From the NCBI GenBank assembly GCA_963752285.1, contig CAVVXN010000001.1, positions 480,001 through 544,000 on the forward strand: a stretch of 64,000 bases of DNA. Reading direction: 5' to 3'. The notes under the pieces were generated by a model. That model was not told the origin of the DNA, did not search any database, and saw only the letters and a program-made list of their open reading frames with translations. Position 1 is the stretch's first letter; every line of letters begins with the position of its first letter. The stretch is from an uncultured Planctomycetota bacterium (lineage in GTDB: Bacteria; Planctomycetota; PLA2; JAEUHO01). Below, one piece after another: positions 26,689-41,013 of this stretch. The translations under genes and the position numbers were made by a program.

Positions 26689-29367
26689 ATGTCCCTCCAC
26701 TATCTCGACCGGTTCTTCGAGCCCCGCTCCATCGCCCTCTTCGGAGCGAGCGTCCGCCCAGACAGCGTCGGCGGTCGCGTCTTCGAGAACCTCGTCCAGG
26801 GCGGCTTCGAGGGCCCCATCTACCCGATCAACCCCCGCCGCAAGGAGATCCTCGGCCGCCAGGCCTACCCCACGATCGCGGACATCGGGAAGCCGGTGGA
26901 CCTCGCCGTGGTCGCGACGCCGGCGGAGACGGTGCCGGAGGTCGTCCACCAGGCGGGCGAGCACGGCGTGCGCGCGGTGATCGTCCTCTCGGCCGGCTTC
27001 GGGGAGGCCGACGGGCAGGGCGCCGCGCTCATGCGGCCGCTCCTCCAGGAGGTCCACCGCTACGGGATGCGCCTGGTGGGGCCGAACTGCCTCGGCATCA
27101 TCACGCCGCGCCTCGGCATCAACGCGACGTTCTCCAAGAACGCCGCGAAGCCGGGCTCGCTCGCGCTCGTGTCGCAGTCGGGCGCGCTCTTGACGGCGAT
27201 CCTCGACTGGGCGGCGGCGAACCAGGTCGGGTTCTCGACCCTCGTGTCCCTCGGCTCCATGGCCGACGTGGACTTCGGGCAGGTCCTCGACTACCTCGCG
27301 CTCGACCCGAACACCGAGAGCATCCTCCTCTACGTCGAGGGCATCCGGAACGCCCGCCGCTTCGTGAGCGGGCTGCGCGTCGCCGCGCGGTTCAAGCCGA
27401 CGGTGGTGGTGAAGGCCGGACGCCACGAGGCGGGCTCACGGGCGGCCATGTCGCACACCGGCTCGCTCGTCGGCGCCGACGACGTGTTCGAGTGCGCGCT
27501 GCGCCGCACCGGCGCGGTCCGCGCGATGACCATCGAGCAGCTCTTCGCGGCCGCGCAGTTCCTCTCGACCCACCACCGCGTGGCCGGCGACCGCCTGGCC
27601 GTCGTGACGAATGCGGGCGGTCCCGGCGTGCTGGCCGCGGACCGGGCGACGGACCTCGGCGTCGAGATCGCCGACCTCGCGCCCGACACGACGGCGCGCC
27701 TGAACGAGGCGCTCCCCGCGGCCTGGTCGCACGGGAACCCGGTGGACATCCTGGGCGACGCGACGAGCGAGCGGTACACGGCGGCGGTCGAGGCCTGCGT
27801 CGCGGACCCGGGCGTAGACGGCGTGCTCGTCATGCTGACGCCCCAGGCCATGACCGACCCCACCGCGATCGCGAACGGCGTGGCCGCGACGGCCCACGGG
27901 TCGAAGAAGCCGATCCTCACCTGCTGGATGGGCGAGCAGCAGGTCCGCGCGGGCCGCGAGGTACTGGCGGCGGAGCGCGTCCCGACCTTCCCGAGCCCGG
28001 AGACGGCCGTCGAGGCGTTCGGGTACCTGGCGAGCTACCGCAAGAACCAGCAGCTCCTCGTGCAGGTGCCCGGTCCGCTCTCCCGGGTCGCGGAACCCGA
28101 CGTGGAAGGCGCGCGGCTGATCGTCGAGGGCGCGCTCGGCGAGGGCCGCACCCTCCTGACCGGGGCCGAGTCGAAGGCCGTGCTCAGCGCCTTCGGTGTC
28201 CCCGTGATGCCCTCGATGGACGCCCGGACGGCCAACGAGGCGCTCGTCGGGGCCCGCACCCTCGGGTTCCCCGTGGCGATGAAGATCAACGCCCTGAACC
28301 TGACGCACAAGTCCGACCTCGGTGGCGTGCGCCTCGGCGTGAGCAGCGCGCACGAGGTCCGGTCCGTCTTCAACGACATGATGGCGAACGTCCAGGCCCT
28401 CGCGCCCGAGGCGAACCTGCTCGGCGTCACCGTCGAGAAGATGTACCGGCACGCGCACGGTCGCGAGCTGCTCGTGGGCCTCCTGCGCGACCCGGTGTTC
28501 GGCCCCGTCGTGACCTTCGGCGCGGGGGGCACCGCGGTCGAGGTGATGCGCGACCGCGCGGTGGCCCTCCCGCCGCTCAACGCCTTCCTCGCGCGCGAGA
28601 TGATCCAGCAGACGCGCGTCGCGAAGCTCCTCGGCGCGTTCCGGAACATGCCGCCGGTGAACCTCGACGCCGTGATCGACGTCCTCCTCCGCGTTTCCGC
28701 CCTCGCCTGCGAGCTGCCGCACGTGCAGGAGCTCGACATCAACCCCCTGACGGCCGACGCGGACGGCGCGGTCGCGCTCGACGCCCGGATCGGCGTCGCG
28801 CTCCCCGCGCCCGAGCTCGGGCGCTACGAGCACATGGCGATCCACCCCTATCCCGCGAACCTCGAGACCCGGGTCCAGCTCGCCGACGGCCAGGACATCC
28901 GGATCCGCCCGATCCGGCCCGAGGACGCCTCGCTCGAGCAGGAGTTCGTGCGCCGGCTCTCGCCCGAGTCGAAGTACTTCCGCTTCATGCGGAGCCTGAA
29001 CGAGCTGACGCCCGAGATGCTGGTCCGCTTCACGCAGATCGACTACGACCGCGAGATGGCCTTCCTGGCCACCCTCGGGACGGACGGCAACGAGAAGGAG
29101 ATCGCCGTCGGCCGGTACGTCACGAACCCGGACGCCAAGACCTGCGAGTTCGCGCTCGTGGTCGCGGACGAGTACCGTCGCCTGGGCATCGGGTCCCGGA
29201 TCATGATGGCGCTCATGGAGTCGGCGAAGGGCCGGGGCCTCCGCTCGATCGAGGGCGAGGTGCTCGCGAACAACGCCGCCATGCTCCACCTGATGACGCG
29301 CCTCGGCTTCGTGGTCCGCCCGAGCGCCGACGACCCGAGCGTGAAGCTCATCTCCAAGGAGCTCTGA
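26689..29367 (+). CDS. Bifunctional acyl-CoA synthetase (NDP-forming)-like / GNAT protein (Pat/PatZ-type protein lysine acetyltransferase)
   Basis: CoA-binding N-terminus, GPNCLG, SQSGA, SHTGSL, HKSDLGGV ATP-grasp region, and C-terminal GNAT (IRPIRPED..FTQIDYDREMA..CEFALVVAD..GIG). Confidence 0.9.
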   Translation: MSLHYLDRFFEPRSIALFGASVRPDSVGGRVFENLVQGGFEGPIYPINPRRKEILGRQAYPTIADIGKPVDLAVVATPAETVPEVVHQAGEHGVRAVIVLSAGFGEADGQGAALMRPLLQEVHRYGMRLVGPNCLGIITPRLGINATFSKNAAKPGSLALVSQSGALLTAILDWAAANQVGFSTLVSLGSMADVDFGQVLDYLALDPNTESILLYVEGIRNARRFVSGLRVAARFKPTVVVKAGRHEAGSRAAMSHTGSLVGADDVFECALRRTGAVRAMTIEQLFAAAQFLSTHHRVAGDRLAVVTNAGGPGVLAADRATDLGVEIADLAPDTTARLNEALPAAWSHGNPVDILGDATSERYTAAVEACVADPGVDGVLVMLTPQAMTDPTAIANGVAATAHGSKKPILTCWMGEQQVRAGREVLAAERVPTFPSPETAVEAFGYLASYRKNQQLLVQVPGPLSRVAEPDVEGARLIVEGALGEGRTLLTGAESKAVLSAFGVPVMPSMDARTANEALVGARTLGFPVAMKINALNLTHKSDLGGVRLGVSSAHEVRSVFNDMMANVQALAPEANLLGVTVEKMYRHAHGRELLVGLLRDPVFGPVVTFGAGGTAVEVMRDRAVALPPLNAFLAREMIQQTRVAKLLGAFRNMPPVNLDAVIDVLLRVSALACELPHVQELDINPLTADADGAVALDARIGVALPAPELGRYEHMAIHPYPANLETRVQLADGQDIRIRPIRPEDASLEQEFVRRLSPESKYFRFMRSLNELTPEMLVRFTQIDYDREMAFLATLGTDGNEKEIAVGRYVTNPDAKTCEFALVVADEYRRLGIGSRIMMALMESAKGRGLRSIEGEVLANNAAMLHLMTRLGFVVRPSADDPSVKLISKEL

Positions 29368-29483
29368 CCGGCCCTCGGCCGCGGCCCGGGTCCCCCACCT
29401 CCCTCGGCGTCGCGCGACCGGCCCCGCCGGCCGAGAGCGGCGAACGGGCGCGCCCGGTACACTCTGGACGGGAGCCCCGGCGC

Positions 29484-30224
29484 GTGACCGATCCGACCGA
29501 CTTCGACGTGCGCGTGGCGTGGGGCGAGCGAGGCGTTCTGTCGCTCGCGCCGACCTGCGACGCCCTCGTGATCGTGGACGTCTTGAGCTTCTCGACGACC
29601 GTCTCGATCGTGGTCTCGGCGGGCGCGACGGCCGTGCCAACCCCGCTTCGCCACGCGGAGGCCGACGCGCTCGGACGCGCTCTTGGCGCCGAGGTCGCGG
29701 GGCCGCGGGGCACGCGCCGCTACTCGCTCTCGCCCGTCTCGGTCCGCGGGATCCCGCCGACGACCCGGCTCGTGCTTCCCTCGCCGAACGGTTCCACCCT
29801 GTCGGCGCTCGCGGCGGAGCGCATCGGGCCCGCGGGCGGCGTCCTCGCGGGCAGCCTTCGAAACCGACGCGCGGTGGCCCGCGCGGCCGCGGGGCGGGGT
29901 CCGCGGGTCGGGGTGATCGCCGCGGGGGAGCGCTGGCCCGAGGACGGCTCGCTCCGCCCGGCGCTCGAGGACCTGGTCGGCGCCGGCGCGATCGTGGACG
30001 CGCTGCCCGGCCGTCGCGCCCCCGAGGCCGAGGCGGCCGTCGCGGCGTTTCGCGCCCTCTCGACCGGCGCGGCCGACGAGCTGGAACGGCACCTCCGGGC
30101 GTGCGTCTCGGGCCAGGAACTCGTCGCCCGAGGCTACGCGTCGGACGTCACGGCGGGCGCCGAGCTCGACGCCGACCCCGCCGCCCCGATCCTCCGAGAC
30201 GGCGCGTTCGTCGCCGCGCGGTAG
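29484..30224 (+). CDS. 2-phosphosulfolactate phosphatase (ComB-like)
   Basis: VIVDVLSFSTTV, SLSP, LPSPNGS, AAGERW..LRPALEDLVGAGAI. Confidence 0.85.
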   Translation: MTDPTDFDVRVAWGERGVLSLAPTCDALVIVDVLSFSTTVSIVVSAGATAVPTPLRHAEADALGRALGAEVAGPRGTRRYSLSPVSVRGIPPTTRLVLPSPNGSTLSALAAERIGPAGGVLAGSLRNRRAVARAAAGRGPRVGVIAAGERWPEDGSLRPALEDLVGAGAIVDALPGRRAPEAEAAVAAFRALSTGAADELERHLRACVSGQELVARGYASDVTAGAELDADPAAPILRDGAFVAAR

Positions 30225-30314
30225 CGATCCGAGACCCCTCCGAGCCGAAGGGGAGCGGCTCCGGGTCCGTCCGTGCGGGCGCGGGGGCCACGCGGAGCTA
30301 GCATCCCTTCCCGC

Positions 30315-31505
30315 GTGCGCTGGACCCTCCTCGCGCTCCTCGTCCTCCTCGTCGCGCCCGGCCGCGCGTCCGCGGAGGCCGCCACGCGCCCGGCGCTGCC
30401 GCTCCGCACGGAGGGCCGGTGGATCGTCGACGCGAAGGGCAGGCGGTTCAAGCTCGCCGGCGTCAACTGGTACGGCGCCGAGGAGAAGGACTACGTCGTC
30501 GGCGGACTCGATCGCGCTCCGCTCGAGCGGATCGCGGCGTCGATCCGGACCATGGGGTTCAACTCGGTCCGCATCCCCTGGTCGAACGAGATGGTCGAGA
30601 AGAACCCGCGCGTGGGCGACGCGCACGTCGCGGCGAATCCCCGGCTCGCGGGAAAGCACGCGCTCGAGATCCTGGACGCGGTCGTGGACGCGCTCGGGGC
30701 CGAGGGGCTCGTCGTGATCCTCGACAACCACACGAGCGACGCGGACTGGCCGCACGGAGAGCGCGACGGCAACGGGCTCTGGTGGAACGACCGCTACCCG
30801 GAGAAGAGCTGGATCGCCGACTGGCGCGCCCTCGCACGCCGGTACGCGGCGACCCCCGCCGTCGTCGGCGCCGACTTGCGAAACGAGCCGCGACCGTCGT
30901 TCCTCCGCGACGGCAAACGCCGCGTGCCGGTGTGGGGCGGGGACGACCCGGAGGTCGACTGGAGGTCGGCCGCCGAGCGGTGCGGCAACGCCGTGCTCGA
31001 GGAGAACGCGAGCCTGCTCGTCTTCGTCGAGGGCGTGAGCTTCGCGTCGGACCTGTCGGGCGCGTATGCGAGCCCGATCCGGTTCCAGGTCCCCGGCCGG
31101 CTCGTCTGGTCGGCCCACGACTACGCCTGGTTCCACGAGGGCCTCCGGTCGGCTGGGGACCTCCACGCCGATCTCGGACGGCGATGGGGCTTCCTCCTCA
31201 CGAGCGGCCGGACGTTCACCGCGCCCGTCTGGGTCGGGGAGTTCGGGACCGCCCACACCTCGCCGGACGACGTCTACGCGCCTACGGGTCCCGGGCTGTG
31301 GTATCACGCGTTCCGGGCCTATCTCTACGACGCCGACATCGACTGGTGCTACTGGGCGCTCAACGGGACGCAGTCCAGGGGCGCGACCCGCACGCCCGGC
31401 GCCGAGGAGACGTTCGGCGTCTTCGACCGGGAATGGAAACGGCCCGCGCTCCCGCGCCATCTCGACGCGCTGAGGACGCTCCAACCCGCAACGCAGGGGC
31501 CGTGA
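30315..31505 (+). CDS. Secreted glycoside hydrolase family 5 (endoglucanase-like)
   Basis: Signal peptide; GVNWYGAE, GFNSVRIPWS, ILDNH, DLRNEP (acid/base), SAHDY, WVGEFG (nucleophile), WCYWALN. Confidence 0.9.
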   Translation: MRWTLLALLVLLVAPGRASAEAATRPALPLRTEGRWIVDAKGRRFKLAGVNWYGAEEKDYVVGGLDRAPLERIAASIRTMGFNSVRIPWSNEMVEKNPRVGDAHVAANPRLAGKHALEILDAVVDALGAEGLVVILDNHTSDADWPHGERDGNGLWWNDRYPEKSWIADWRALARRYAATPAVVGADLRNEPRPSFLRDGKRRVPVWGGDDPEVDWRSAAERCGNAVLEENASLLVFVEGVSFASDLSGAYASPIRFQVPGRLVWSAHDYAWFHEGLRSAGDLHADLGRRWGFLLTSGRTFTAPVWVGEFGTAHTSPDDVYAPTGPGLWYHAFRAYLYDADIDWCYWALNGTQSRGATRTPGAEETFGVFDREWKRPALPRHLDALRTLQPATQGP

Positions 31506-31535
31506 AGCCATCTCCCCGCAACCGGACGGGAGGAG

Positions 31536-31700
31536 GTGTCGTCCGGTGGCGTGGCGCTCGGCCCCGACCTGCTGCTGGAGACGCCGCGGCTGTTCCTTCG
31601 CCTCGTGCAGGCGGAGGATGCGGACGCGTGGTGGCGGGCGCTCTGGAAGGACGCCGCGGCGACGCGGTTCCTCCCGCCGCGCGGCTTCGTCAGGGCCGGC
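31536..31700 (+). pseudogene. Truncated RimJ/RimL-type GNAT acetyltransferase remnant
   Basis: GGAGGAGG near the start; LLLETPRLFLRLVQAEDADAWWRALWKDAAATRFLP resembles a RimJ/L N-terminus. After about 50 codons the frame runs antisense into the malQ 3' end. Confidence 0.5.
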
Positions 31701-31702
31701 GG

Positions 31703-33904
31703 CTACCGTTCGGCGCGGAGGGACGCGGCCAGCGCGCGGAAGCGGGGGTCGGCGGCCAGCTCGTCGACGGTCGCCGGGAGGCGACGGCGCCAGCTCGGGT
31801 ACCTGGCCTCCGTCGTGCCGGGGAGGTTCACCTGCTCCGTCACCCCGAGGACGTCCTCCAGCTGAACCGTGACGACCATCGACGGACCGCGCGCGACGTA
31901 GCGGTGGACGGCCGCCGCGAGCTCGGTCGTCATCTCGGGCCACGCGGAGAGGTCCGCGCCGCGGCCCGCGGGCAGGAGGCCCGCGCGCTCGAGCGCGTGG
32001 AGGAGCCGCGCGCGGTCCTCCGCGCGGGCCTGGACCTGCTCCGCCCGGACCTCGTCGCTCGGGAAGAGGTCGAGCGAATCGCGCAGCGCGAGGTCCACCC
32101 CCTCCCACCAGCCCGCGAGCGTCGGCAGGTCGTGCGTCGTCACCGCGACCAGCGCCTGCCGCGGCAGCTCCGCCGGCGCGAGGTACGCGCCGGACTCGTC
32201 CTTCAGGAACACGAGGAGGCGGTACGAGAGGGCGCCCAGGTCGCGAAGGCGCGTGCGGATCTCGTCGGGCACGGTGCCGAGGTCCTCGCCGATCACGAGG
32301 CACTGGTTTCGGACGCTCTCGAGCGCCAGGATCCCGAGCAGGTCGTCCACCGGGTACCGGACGTACGCGCCCTCGGCCGCGCCTCGTCCCGGCGGGATCC
32401 AAAACAGGCGGAGCAGCGCCATCACGTGATCGACGCGGAGTGCGCCCGCGTGCCGCATCGCCGAGCGAAGGCACGCGGAGAACGGCTCGTAGCCCGCGGC
32501 CGAGAGCCGCGACGGGACCCACGGCGGGAGGCCCCAGTCCTGGCCCTTCAGGTTGAAGTCGTCCGGGGGCGCGCCGAAGCCGGCGCCCCGCGCGAAGAGC
32601 TCGGGCTGCCACCAGCACTCGAACCCGGACCGGTCCACGCCCACGGCGAGGTCCTGGTAGAGACCCACCCGGAGCCCCAGGTCGAGGGCGCGCCGGCCGA
32701 CCGCGGCGAGCTGTTCGTCCGCGAGGAGCTGGACGTACTCGACGAACCCGACCTCGTCCGGATGGGCCTCCCTCCATGCCGCAACCTCGGGCGAGTCGGC
32801 GCGCCGGTACGCCTCCGGCCAGACGGGCCAGCCCCACAGCGCCGGGTCCACGCGGCGGAAGTGACGCTCGAGCGCCTCGAAGACCGCGAAGCCCGAGAGC
32901 GCCTCGCCGCGCGCGCGACGGAACGCCTCGAACGCGCGTCCGCGCGGCGTGTCGCGGTCGAGGTGCCGCTCCCGGAAGTGCGCCCAGAGGATCTCCAGCA
33001 CCTCGCGCTTGAGGGCCGCCACCTCGGGCCAGTCCACGAGCGCGCCCGTGCGCGCGGCGAGCCGGCGGGCGCGGTGGTCGGAGGCGTCGATGCGCGCCTG
33101 CGCCTCGGGGCAGGTCTCGAGCTCGGGCACGGCCTCGACGTCCACGTAGACGGGGTTCAGGAAGAGACGCGTCGAGGGGCTGTACGGGCTCGCCTGTCCG
33201 GGCCGCTCGGGGAAGAGCGCGTGGAGCGGGTTCACGCCGACGATGCCGGCGCCGGCCCGGCCCGCCACTTCGACGAGCCGGGCGAGGGTCGAGAGGTCTC
33301 CGGCGCCCCAGTCGCGACCGCCGCGGAGCGCGTACACCTGCGCGGCCGGGCCCCACGTGCGTCCGCCGCGCGCGAGGCCGTCGGGCACGTAGCAGCGGTC
33401 CGGCACGACGACGAGCCGCGTGCTCGCACGCGGCGCGTCCGGTCCCTCGGCGCCGACCTCGAGCCGGTGGTAGCCGAGGGGGAGCGTCCCGGCGACCACG
33501 AGACGGCGCCGCACGCGCGCGCGGCCGTCCACCTCCCGGGCGCCCTCCGCGGCGAGGTCCGCAGGTACGAAACGGCCCTCGCGGACGTTCCCGTCCTCCT
33601 CGGCGACCCGCCACCGGTGCGCCGCGCCCTCGTCGGACGCGGCCACCACCACGGGGACCTCGATCCGCCCGGCCGAGCGACGGGCCATGACCACGGGAGG
33701 GAGGGCGCGGCGCCACCCGTCCTCTTCCCGCCGGGCGAGCGCCTCTGCCGCCTCGTCGTCGTCGGTGGCCGGGACGCCCATCGCCGAGAGGAGCGCCCGC
33801 GCGGTCCCGGGCTCGAGGGCGTGGGTCCGCCCCCAGATGTCCTGGTACTCGGGCTCGATCCCGAGCGCCCGCGCGAGGCGGAGGAGGGGGCCGGTCTCGT
33901 TCAC
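31703..33904 (-). CDS. malQ: 4-alpha-glucanotransferase (GH77)
   Basis: GTG 33904 (GTGA overlap); SPYSPSTRLFLN, YQDLAVG, GAPPDDFNLKGQDWGLPP, LRVDHVM, IGEDLGTVP, TTHDLPT. Confidence 0.93.
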   Translation of the reverse strand: MNETGPLLRLARALGIEPEYQDIWGRTHALEPGTARALLSAMGVPATDDDEAAEALARREEDGWRRALPPVVMARRSAGRIEVPVVVAASDEGAAHRWRVAEEDGNVREGRFVPADLAAEGAREVDGRARVRRRLVVAGTLPLGYHRLEVGAEGPDAPRASTRLVVVPDRCYVPDGLARGGRTWGPAAQVYALRGGRDWGAGDLSTLARLVEVAGRAGAGIVGVNPLHALFPERPGQASPYSPSTRLFLNPVYVDVEAVPELETCPEAQARIDASDHRARRLAARTGALVDWPEVAALKREVLEILWAHFRERHLDRDTPRGRAFEAFRRARGEALSGFAVFEALERHFRRVDPALWGWPVWPEAYRRADSPEVAAWREAHPDEVGFVEYVQLLADEQLAAVGRRALDLGLRVGLYQDLAVGVDRSGFECWWQPELFARGAGFGAPPDDFNLKGQDWGLPPWVPSRLSAAGYEPFSACLRSAMRHAGALRVDHVMALLRLFWIPPGRGAAEGAYVRYPVDDLLGILALESVRNQCLVIGEDLGTVPDEIRTRLRDLGALSYRLLVFLKDESGAYLAPAELPRQALVAVTTHDLPTLAGWWEGVDLALRDSLDLFPSDEVRAEQVQARAEDRARLLHALERAGLLPAGRGADLSAWPEMTTELAAAVHRYVARGPSMVVTVQLEDVLGVTEQVNLPGTTEARYPSWRRRLPATVDELAADPRFRALAASLRAER

Positions 33905-35787
33905 GTCGCGTCGCGCCGGCTCGTCGCCGACGCGCGTACCGGACCGGGGTCGAGGTACCACGCGGTGGTCGAGCCGGGCAGGTGGACGCCGTCCGACGCG
34001 GGATCGCTCGCGTAGAGCGCAGGTCCGGCGGGCCGGTCCGGGAACGCGACCGCGTCCTGCCCGAGGTTCGTGCGAAGCGTCAATGCGCCGCCGTCCGAGA
34101 AGGGCCAGACGACCTCGAGCCCGCCGGAGCCGGCGCGCCGTGTCCGGGCCGTTCCCGGCTCGATCGCCAAAAGACGCGGGACGACTTCGCCGCGGCGCAG
34201 CGCCAGGAGGTGCCGGTAGCGCTCGCGCCAGCGCGCCGGCCCGTCGGTTCGGGGCTGGACCGACGCGAGGACCGCCGATCCGAACGTCGCCTCCGCGTTC
34301 GGGTCGGGGATCCGCGCGCGCGCCGCGGGCGCGTCGAGCCCCGGCCAGCGGGCGAGCTCCTGCCGCCTGCCCTCGGCCACCGCCCGCGCGAGGTCGCCCT
34401 CGAAGTCGCAGAAGAAGGGAAAGGGCCGCTCGGACCCGATCTCCTCGCCCATGAAGAGGAGCGGCACGAGCGGCGAGAGGAGCAGGAGCGCCACGGCGGC
34501 GTGGACCGCGCGCTCGCTCGCCAGCACGGACAGACGCTCGCCGAGCGGGCGGTTCCCGACCTGGTCGTGGTTCTGCAGGAACGCGACGAACGCGGTGGGC
34601 GGGAGGCCGTGGGTCGGCTCGCCGCGCGGACGTCCGCCGCGGAAGGGCGAGGGCTCGCCCTGCCACGCGAAGCCCTCGGCGAGTGCGCGGGCGAGGTGGT
34701 CGAGGGGCGCGTCGGCGAAGTCGCCGTAGGGGCCCGTCGCCTCGCCCGTCAGCGCGACGTGGAGGGCGTGGTGCACGTCGTCGTCCCACTGCGCGACGTA
34801 GAGACGGGGCGCGCCCCGGTCGTCCCGGCGGAGCCAGCGGGTCTCGTTGTGGTCGTTCTCGATGACGAGGTGGACCGCGCGCTCGCGTCCTGGGCCGGCG
34901 TGCGCGGCCTGGGCGAGCTCCTCCAGGAACGACGGGGCGGTCTCGTCGTGGATCGCGTGGACCGAGTCGATCCGAAGCCCGTCGAGGGCGTACTCCTCGA
35001 GCCAGTAGAGCGCGTTGTGGACGAAGAAGTCGCGGACGGTTCGGCGGCGCGGGCCCTCGAAGTCGATGGCCGCGCCCCAGGGGGTGGGGTGGCGGTCCGT
35101 GAAGAAGGGCCTCGCGTACCTCCACAGGTAGTTCCCGTCGGGGCCGAAGTGGTTGTAGACGACGTCGAGGAACACCATCAGGCCACGCGCGTGCGCGGCC
35201 TCCACGAGCGCCTTCAGGTCGTCGGGGACCCCGTACGTGCGGTCGGGCGCGTAGGGGAGCACGCCGTCGTAGCCCCAGCTCCGCCGTCCCGGGAAGTCCG
35301 CGACGGGCATGAGCTCGACCGCCGTCACGCCGAGGTCGGCGAGCGCGTCGAGCCGCGCGATCGCGGCGCGAAACGTCCCCTCGGGCGTGAACGCGCCGAC
35401 GTGCACCTCGTAGAGGACCGTCTCCTCCCACGGGCGTCCGCGCCAGTCCGCGTCGCCCCACGCGTACGCGCGCGGATCGACGACGAGGCTCGGTCCGTGG
35501 ACGTCGTCCTGCTGCGCCCGCGAGGCCGGGTCGGGCACGAGGAGGCCGTCGTCCACCTCGTACCGGTACGGCGTGCCGGCCGGCGCTGCCTCCGTACCCT
35601 CCCACCAGCCGTCGTCCGCGCGGTCGAGGTCCACGCGGCGCTCCGCCGCGCCCAGTCGGAGACGGATCCGCCGCGCGTCGGGCGCCCAGAGGCGGAAGCG
35701 GACCGTGCCGTCGGAACGCACCTCGGCTCCGAAGGGCATCGCGTGCGCCCGCGAACGACCCCGCTCGGGCGCGGGCGGTCCGGTCAC
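33901..35787 (-). CDS. treZ: Malto-oligosyltrehalose trehalohydrolase
   Basis: [58 protein letters not shown]. Confidence 0.92.
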   Translation of the reverse strand: MTGPPAPERGRSRAHAMPFGAEVRSDGTVRFRLWAPDARRIRLRLGAAERRVDLDRADDGWWEGTEAAPAGTPYRYEVDDGLLVPDPASRAQQDDVHGPSLVVDPRAYAWGDADWRGRPWEETVLYEVHVGAFTPEGTFRAAIARLDALADLGVTAVELMPVADFPGRRSWGYDGVLPYAPDRTYGVPDDLKALVEAAHARGLMVFLDVVYNHFGPDGNYLWRYARPFFTDRHPTPWGAAIDFEGPRRRTVRDFFVHNALYWLEEYALDGLRIDSVHAIHDETAPSFLEELAQAAHAGPGRERAVHLVIENDHNETRWLRRDDRGAPRLYVAQWDDDVHHALHVALTGEATGPYGDFADAPLDHLARALAEGFAWQGEPSPFRGGRPRGEPTHGLPPTAFVAFLQNHDQVGNRPLGERLSVLASERAVHAAVALLLLSPLVPLLFMGEEIGSERPFPFFCDFEGDLARAVAEGRRQELARWPGLDAPAARARIPDPNAEATFGSAVLASVQPRTDGPARWRERYRHLLALRRGEVVPRLLAIEPGTARTRRAGSGGLEVVWPFSDGGALTLRTNLGQDAVAFPDRPAGPALYASDPASDGVHLPGSTTAWYLDPGPVRASATSRRDAT

Positions 35788-37729
35788 GAACGCCCCTCCT
35801 TGAACACCACGAGACCGAGCGGGGGGAGCGTGACGACGAGGGAGTCGAAGAACCCCCCGTGCGCGACGGGCACGCTCTCGACGCCGCCGAGGTTGCCCTG
35901 CCCGCTGCCGCCGTAGATCTCGGCGTCGCTGTTCAGGACCTCGTCCCAGCGGCCGGGCACGGGCACGCCGACCCGGTAGCTGTGCCTCGGGATCGGCGTG
36001 AAGTTCCCGACGACGACGATCGTCTCGCCCTCGCCGTCCGCGCGCCGGAGCCACGAGAGGACGCTCTGCTCGCTGTCGTGGCAGTCGATCCACCGGAAGC
36101 CGTCGGGCTGGTGGTCCTTCCGGTAGAGCGCCGGCTCGCCCCGGAGCAGGGTGTTCAGGTCGCGAACGAAGCGCTGGAGGCCGGACGAGCGCGGGCCCTC
36201 TTCGAGGAGGTGCCAGTCGATGCTCGCGTCGTGGTCCCACTCGCGCGCCTGGCCGATCTCGCCCCCCATGAAGAGGAGCTTCTTTCCCGGGTGCGTCCAC
36301 ATGTAGCCGAGCATCAGGCGGAGGTTCGCGAACCGCTGCCACTCGTCGCCCGGCATCTTCCGGAGCAGCGAGCCCTTCCCGTGGACCACCTCGTCGTGCG
36401 ACAGCGGCAGCACGAAGTTCTCGTGGAAGGCGTACATCATGCTGAACGTCAGGTCGTTGTGGTGGTACTTGCGGTGGATCGGGTCGTGGCCGAAGTAGCC
36501 CAGCGTGTCGTGCATCCACCCCATGTTCCACTTGAAGCCGAAGCCGAGGCCGCCGAGGTACACGGGGCGCGAGACCATCGGCCAGCTCGTAGACTCCTCG
36601 GCGATGGTGACGGCGCCGGGATGCCGTTCGTAGACGAGGGTGTTGAACCGCTTCAGGAACTCGATCGCCTCGAGGTTCTCGCGGCCGCCGAACCGGTTCG
36701 GCACCCACTCGCCCTCCCGGCGCGAGTAGTCGAGATACAGCATCGAGGCCACGGCGTCCACGCGGAGGCCGTCCACGTGGTAGACCTCGAGCCAGAAGAG
36801 GGCGTTCGCGAGGAGGAAGTTCGTCACCTCGTTGCGGCCGTAGTTGAAGATCAGCGTGCCCCAGTCCTGGTGCTCGCCCTGACGGGGATCGGCGTGCTCG
36901 TAGAGGTGCGTGCCGTCGAAGTAGCCGAGCCCGTGCTCGTCCTTGGGGAAGTGCGCGGGGACCCAGTCGAGGATGACCCCGACGCCCGCCTGGTGGAGCG
37001 TGTCTACGAGCTCCATGAAGTCGGTGGGGGAGCCGTGCCGCGCGGTGGGCGCGTAGTACCCGATGGTCTGGTAGCCCCACGAGCCCGCGAAGGGGTGCTC
37101 CGTGATCGGAAGGAGCTCGACGTGGGTGAAGCCCATCGACGTGCAGTACTCCACGAGCGCGTGGGCCAGCTCGCGGTAGGAGAGTGGCCGGTCGCCTTCG
37201 GCCAAAACGCGCCGCCACGAGCCCAGGTGGACCTCGTAGACGGTCATCGGCCCGGCGAGGGGGTCCTCGGCCGCGCGCCGTTCCATCCAGGCGGCGTCGC
37301 GCCACGCGTGGCGCGAGAGATCGCAGACCCGGGACGCGGTCCGCGGGGGCGGCTCGAACGAGAACGCGTACGGGTCGGCCTTCTCGACGTGATATCCGTT
37401 CACGCGGGAGCGGATGGCGTACTTGTAGAGCGCCCCCTCGCCGACGCCTTCGACGAACGCCGTCCACACCCCGCTCTCTCCGGCCGGGCGCATCGGGACT
37501 TGGCCTTCGACCCAGTCGTTGAAGTCGCCGACCACCGAGACGCGCTCGGCGTTGGGCGCCCAGACGGCGAAGTGTGTCCCGCGCCGTCCGGAGATCTCGA
37601 TCTCGTGCGCGCCGAGCTTCTCCCAGGTGCGGTAGTGGGTGCCCTCGCCGAGAAGGTAGAGGTCGTCGTCGGTCAGAAGGCCGCCGTAGCGACGGGCCTT
37701 CGTCCGGGCGCCTTCGGGCCGCGTCGCGC

Positions 37730-37733
<4 letters not shown>
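35784..37733 (-). CDS. glgB: 1,4-alpha-glucan branching enzyme
   Basis: ATG 37733; [57 protein letters not shown]. Confidence 0.96.
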
Positions 37734-40999
<3,266 letters not shown>

Positions 41000-41013
41000 G
41001 CTCGTCTCCCAGG

